From assembly GCA_039096225.1 (NCBI GenBank), contig JBBPEB010000030.1, positions 124,001-188,000 on the forward strand: 64,000 bases of DNA, in the 5' to 3' direction. The notes beneath the pieces are model-generated. The model made no database searches and was not told where the DNA came from. It saw only the letters and a list, made by a program, of their open reading frames with translations. Made by a program: the position numbers and the translations under genes. Positions 60,101-64,000 of the stretch are shown one piece after another. How positions within the stretch are numbered: the stretch's first letter is position 1; every line of letters starts with the position of its first letter. Origin of the DNA: Blastocystis sp. Blastoise. Its lineage: Eukaryota; Protista; Bigyra: Opalinata.

Positions 60101-62452
60101 TTATTGCTATTATTATCATTATTATTATTATCATCACTATTATTATTATTATTATCACCATTATTATCACTATTATTACTATTATCATTACTATTATCAT
60201 TACTATTATCACCATTATTATCACCATTATTATCACCATTATTATCACCATTATCGTTACCATAATCACCATTATTATCACTATCATTATTATTACCATA
60301 ATCACTATCACTACTATATGTATCATCCTTATTCGATTCTTCATTATATTCGCTACCTCTATCTTGTTCTATAGTTTCCTCTTTACATATATATTTATTA
60401 TAATTATATGTATCTTCTGAGTTTATCTCCAATTGAGAATTAGAAATATTATTCTCCTTTGTATATTGATCTCTAGGATTCTTAATAATACTGTCTTGTT
60501 TATACATCTTATTAGATACATCATGAGTAGTCTTCAAAATACTACTAAATAAAATATTACAAATGAGCTTCTTCTCCAAATTATTCAAATTCTTCTTCTT
60601 ATTCATAATATAGTACCTTTTTATCAAATTAATACATAAAATAATTTCTTTATTCTTTCTTTGTATATATTCATCGTTCTTCTTAATGAACAACAACTGT
60701 AAAGCATAAATATATTGGTTTCGAATAGACATTGAATCATCTGGAGTCTCTATATATAAAGAAGTATCATTAATACAATTGATATAACACGATATATCTT
60801 GTTGTAGTGAGAAAGTAAATAATATCATAACAATACTAATCATTCTGTTCATTGAACACTCCTTATTTAAATACATATATATATCAGTCATATTCATAAG
60901 AGAAGGAATATATTCTATTTCTTTTAGAAGATAGTGAATATAATAAATCATATCATCTAATGTATCTATTTTATACATGCTATTTACTAAATGAACACAG
61001 TATATATCATCATTTCTATCATTATATTTAGTCGATTTACTTACTTGTGAATGTATTAATTTCATATATATATCAATCCAATAAGATAATAATATATCTC
61101 TTCTCTTTATTCCTTTCCCTTCTATGTTATATAAAGAAGAAGAATAGATCAATGTCCTAAATTTAGTATTATTTATAAAAGTTATATGAGAAGTAGAATA
61201 ATATGTCATAGGATCATATATAGGGCGTACTAAGGATATACAAATAGAAATATCTTCTTTGTTATTATCAACTGTTTCATGTACACAGATATTTGTATAG
61301 TTTTCTCCAAGTACCACTTTTAGTAGTTCTTTCATATATATATCATGTTGACTAGTATTTGAAGAATGATATATATATTCATTTATAAACTTTATGGAGT
61401 AATTCGTATTGAATTGATTATTATTTGAATCATCCTCTACGATATGCATAGATAGAGAAGTATTAGTATAACTAGCTTCATATAATAGAGGTTTCTCATC
61501 TAATGTCTTCTTATGTATATAGAAATCAGAAGATGATTCACGAATAATAACAAAATGAAATATACTATAATTATTATCTATATTATTAATAAATGGATAC
61601 AGACATTTATTTATATGATCTTCTTCCATATATAGTTGTTCAGTATCATTTATGTATTTGTTTTGAGAATAAAGAGATTGTATTATGAATGAATAATATA
61701 GAAAGGAATAGCAAGAATAATATAAAGAGATAATAATAGTAATGGACCACAGTATAGAAGATCGAATAGAATCACATAATTGACGCCAAGGAGAAAAACA
61801 ATAATCATCATCCATTTTAGTTATAGAGATATATGTTAAATATAGAATACTCAAATCTGAAATAGTTCTGAACTCTTCTGATTTACTGAATAAATAGTAT
61901 AGAAATATTGGCTTCCACTTCAAATAATTGGCATAATATATATTTGAAAATAAATAGTGAATAGTATTGTTGAAGTAGGTCATATAAGAAGAATGTATAT
62001 ATTTATATATATTATTTACCAACAAAGAATCTAATTCTCTCATAAGAGAACAATAAAATTGAGTTTGAGCTTTCTTTACAAGTATTATACAATAAAGAAT
62101 ACATTCATATTGATCTTTTTCTAGGTCATATTCAATACTACATAATAAATTGTGTATACATAAAGGAAAAGAATATATAAGTTTATACCTATGTGAAGAT
62201 AGAATTTCCATATTTATCCTTTGTTTCCAATCTAAAATAAATTAGTGTGCTAATTAAATAAATATACTTGGAGTATTATTATAATCGTTATTTATTATCA
62301 TATTGGAATCTAAAAAAAATAAAAGAACGAATAAATCATAATACAAGTAACGATTATACTTATTTATAATATATATTATTTACTATATCTATATCTTCAT
62401 ACATACATATAGATTTAAGAAAAGAAATAGGCTTCGTTGAATTAGGACTCAT
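57192..62452 (-). CDS. CRBN: Cereblon-like protein (LON-N plus CULT domains) with a ~1,000-aa N-terminal extension
   Basis: SNQYLGN...ILTTP|SLILFPDMYAHL (LON-N-like). FRCRYC...FTNRGG|FMHTVLSV...PSETFSDDSWYPGYEWCILYCSYCGEHIGWKY...TFYGLT matches the CULT domain, with two CxxC and three Trp. The large exon splices in frame into the LON part. Confidence 0.85.
58016..58090. repeat. (TTATA)n pentanucleotide repeat, intronic
   Basis: Perfect tandem TTATA run in a cereblon intron. Confidence 0.95.
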
Positions 62453-63425
62453 TTAGATTTGCTGAACTATAGAAATAATAATTTATTTATAGAACTTGTA
62501 GTATTTTTATGATGTATCATCACAAAAAACAGCATTGCTAATATATCATGTGGTCAATATGATAATTAGTATTAAAGAAAAAAGAATATATGATCATTAA
62601 GACATATACCACGATATTTATATTCGTATAGAATGTTTATTTTATATTCTAGATATAAAAAGAAACCATAGAGATGATAATTTGAATAATATATGTTTGA
62701 TGATTCATACAAATTATTTATAGATGTTCTCAGTATATCTTATTTTATGATAAAAACAATTTAGTATAAATATAGATATAGGAAACACACTATTCAAATC
62801 CCAAGAAAAATCTTGTTTTGTCAGTCTGTTTTTCTAAGCCATTTTTTTATTTGGGGTTGTTACGATTATGATTTTGGTGATTCAATAGCTGCTACTCGTA
62901 GATAGAATAATATTCAGTTTAGTTATTTGACATCAATAATTGTGTATACATTTCCTTTTCAATGATTCACTTAATTATTGTTTCTCGATTATCTCGGATG
63001 CTTGGTATAGTATGTGGTTTGTTGTGAAATGAAATATAGGGTCAGTACAAAAGTTTGTTGAGGTAATTATTGTTGATCCCTTAAAATTTGCTTGGTTCTA
63101 TGTATAATATATTTACCTAGACTATAAAAATATGAAAAGACTGAAAAAAACAAGAATATAAAAATGAATATGAAACATTATTGTGTTTTTTCCTGTTATA
63201 CGTATATAGTATCACATTGCTATAGACAGTATACTTATTCGATGTAATTATTATAATAGTACTTGAAAAACTAATAACGAAAAACACAGTTTTTAAAATG
63301 ATAAAAGAATCGAAAAAGAATTTGGGATGAAGAATGAGTTCAGTTAGGAAGTTTAACCAGTTTTTTCCATTAAATATACTAATAATTATCTATTTTGTTA
63401 TTATAAATAGTTAAATTTTGAGGAG

Positions 63426-64000
<575 letters not shown>

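Noticed and set aside
62980-63110. Minus-strand fragment FKGSTII...LYQAS reminiscent of a TLDc start; a similarly weak trace lies near 10780-10820
   Set aside because: Too short and interrupted to distinguish from chance.

Overview
Very AT-rich, gene-dense, intron-rich eukaryotic nuclear DNA. Introns are short GTATAT...TATAG type and often filled with (TA)n/(TAT)n. Gene content and style suggest an anaerobic gut stramenopile such as a low-GC Blastocystis; that is an inference. I spliced the gene models by hand. They include BRR2 (5' part), NOMO, a ~1,600-aa three-repeat lectin/Ig-like surface protein, RNASEH2A, a bacterial-type GNAT, SERCA, RPS7, XRCC2, TSR3, a p400/SWR1-like protein with an eroded ATPase, a SAM carrier, a TLDc protein, a decayed fibro-slime gene, a cereblon-like gene with a ~1,000-aa N-terminal extension, and an aspartic protease (5' part). 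The most unusual signals are five. (1) A recent pogo-type DD35D transposon with perfect 152-bp TIRs appears flanked by an 11-bp duplication rather than the canonical TA. (2) BRR2 introns carry structured RNA elements: a single-hairpin H/ACA-like RNA with an AGA box, and two long sense-strand rods. (3) Three introns in conserved genes lack GT-AG ends, and their ends copy the adjoining exon, which is either real or a polishing artefact. (4) There is a six-exon, GC-rich orphan transcript. (5) Two distant promoters share a cis-regulatory module. All family calls come from remembered motifs; no searches were run.
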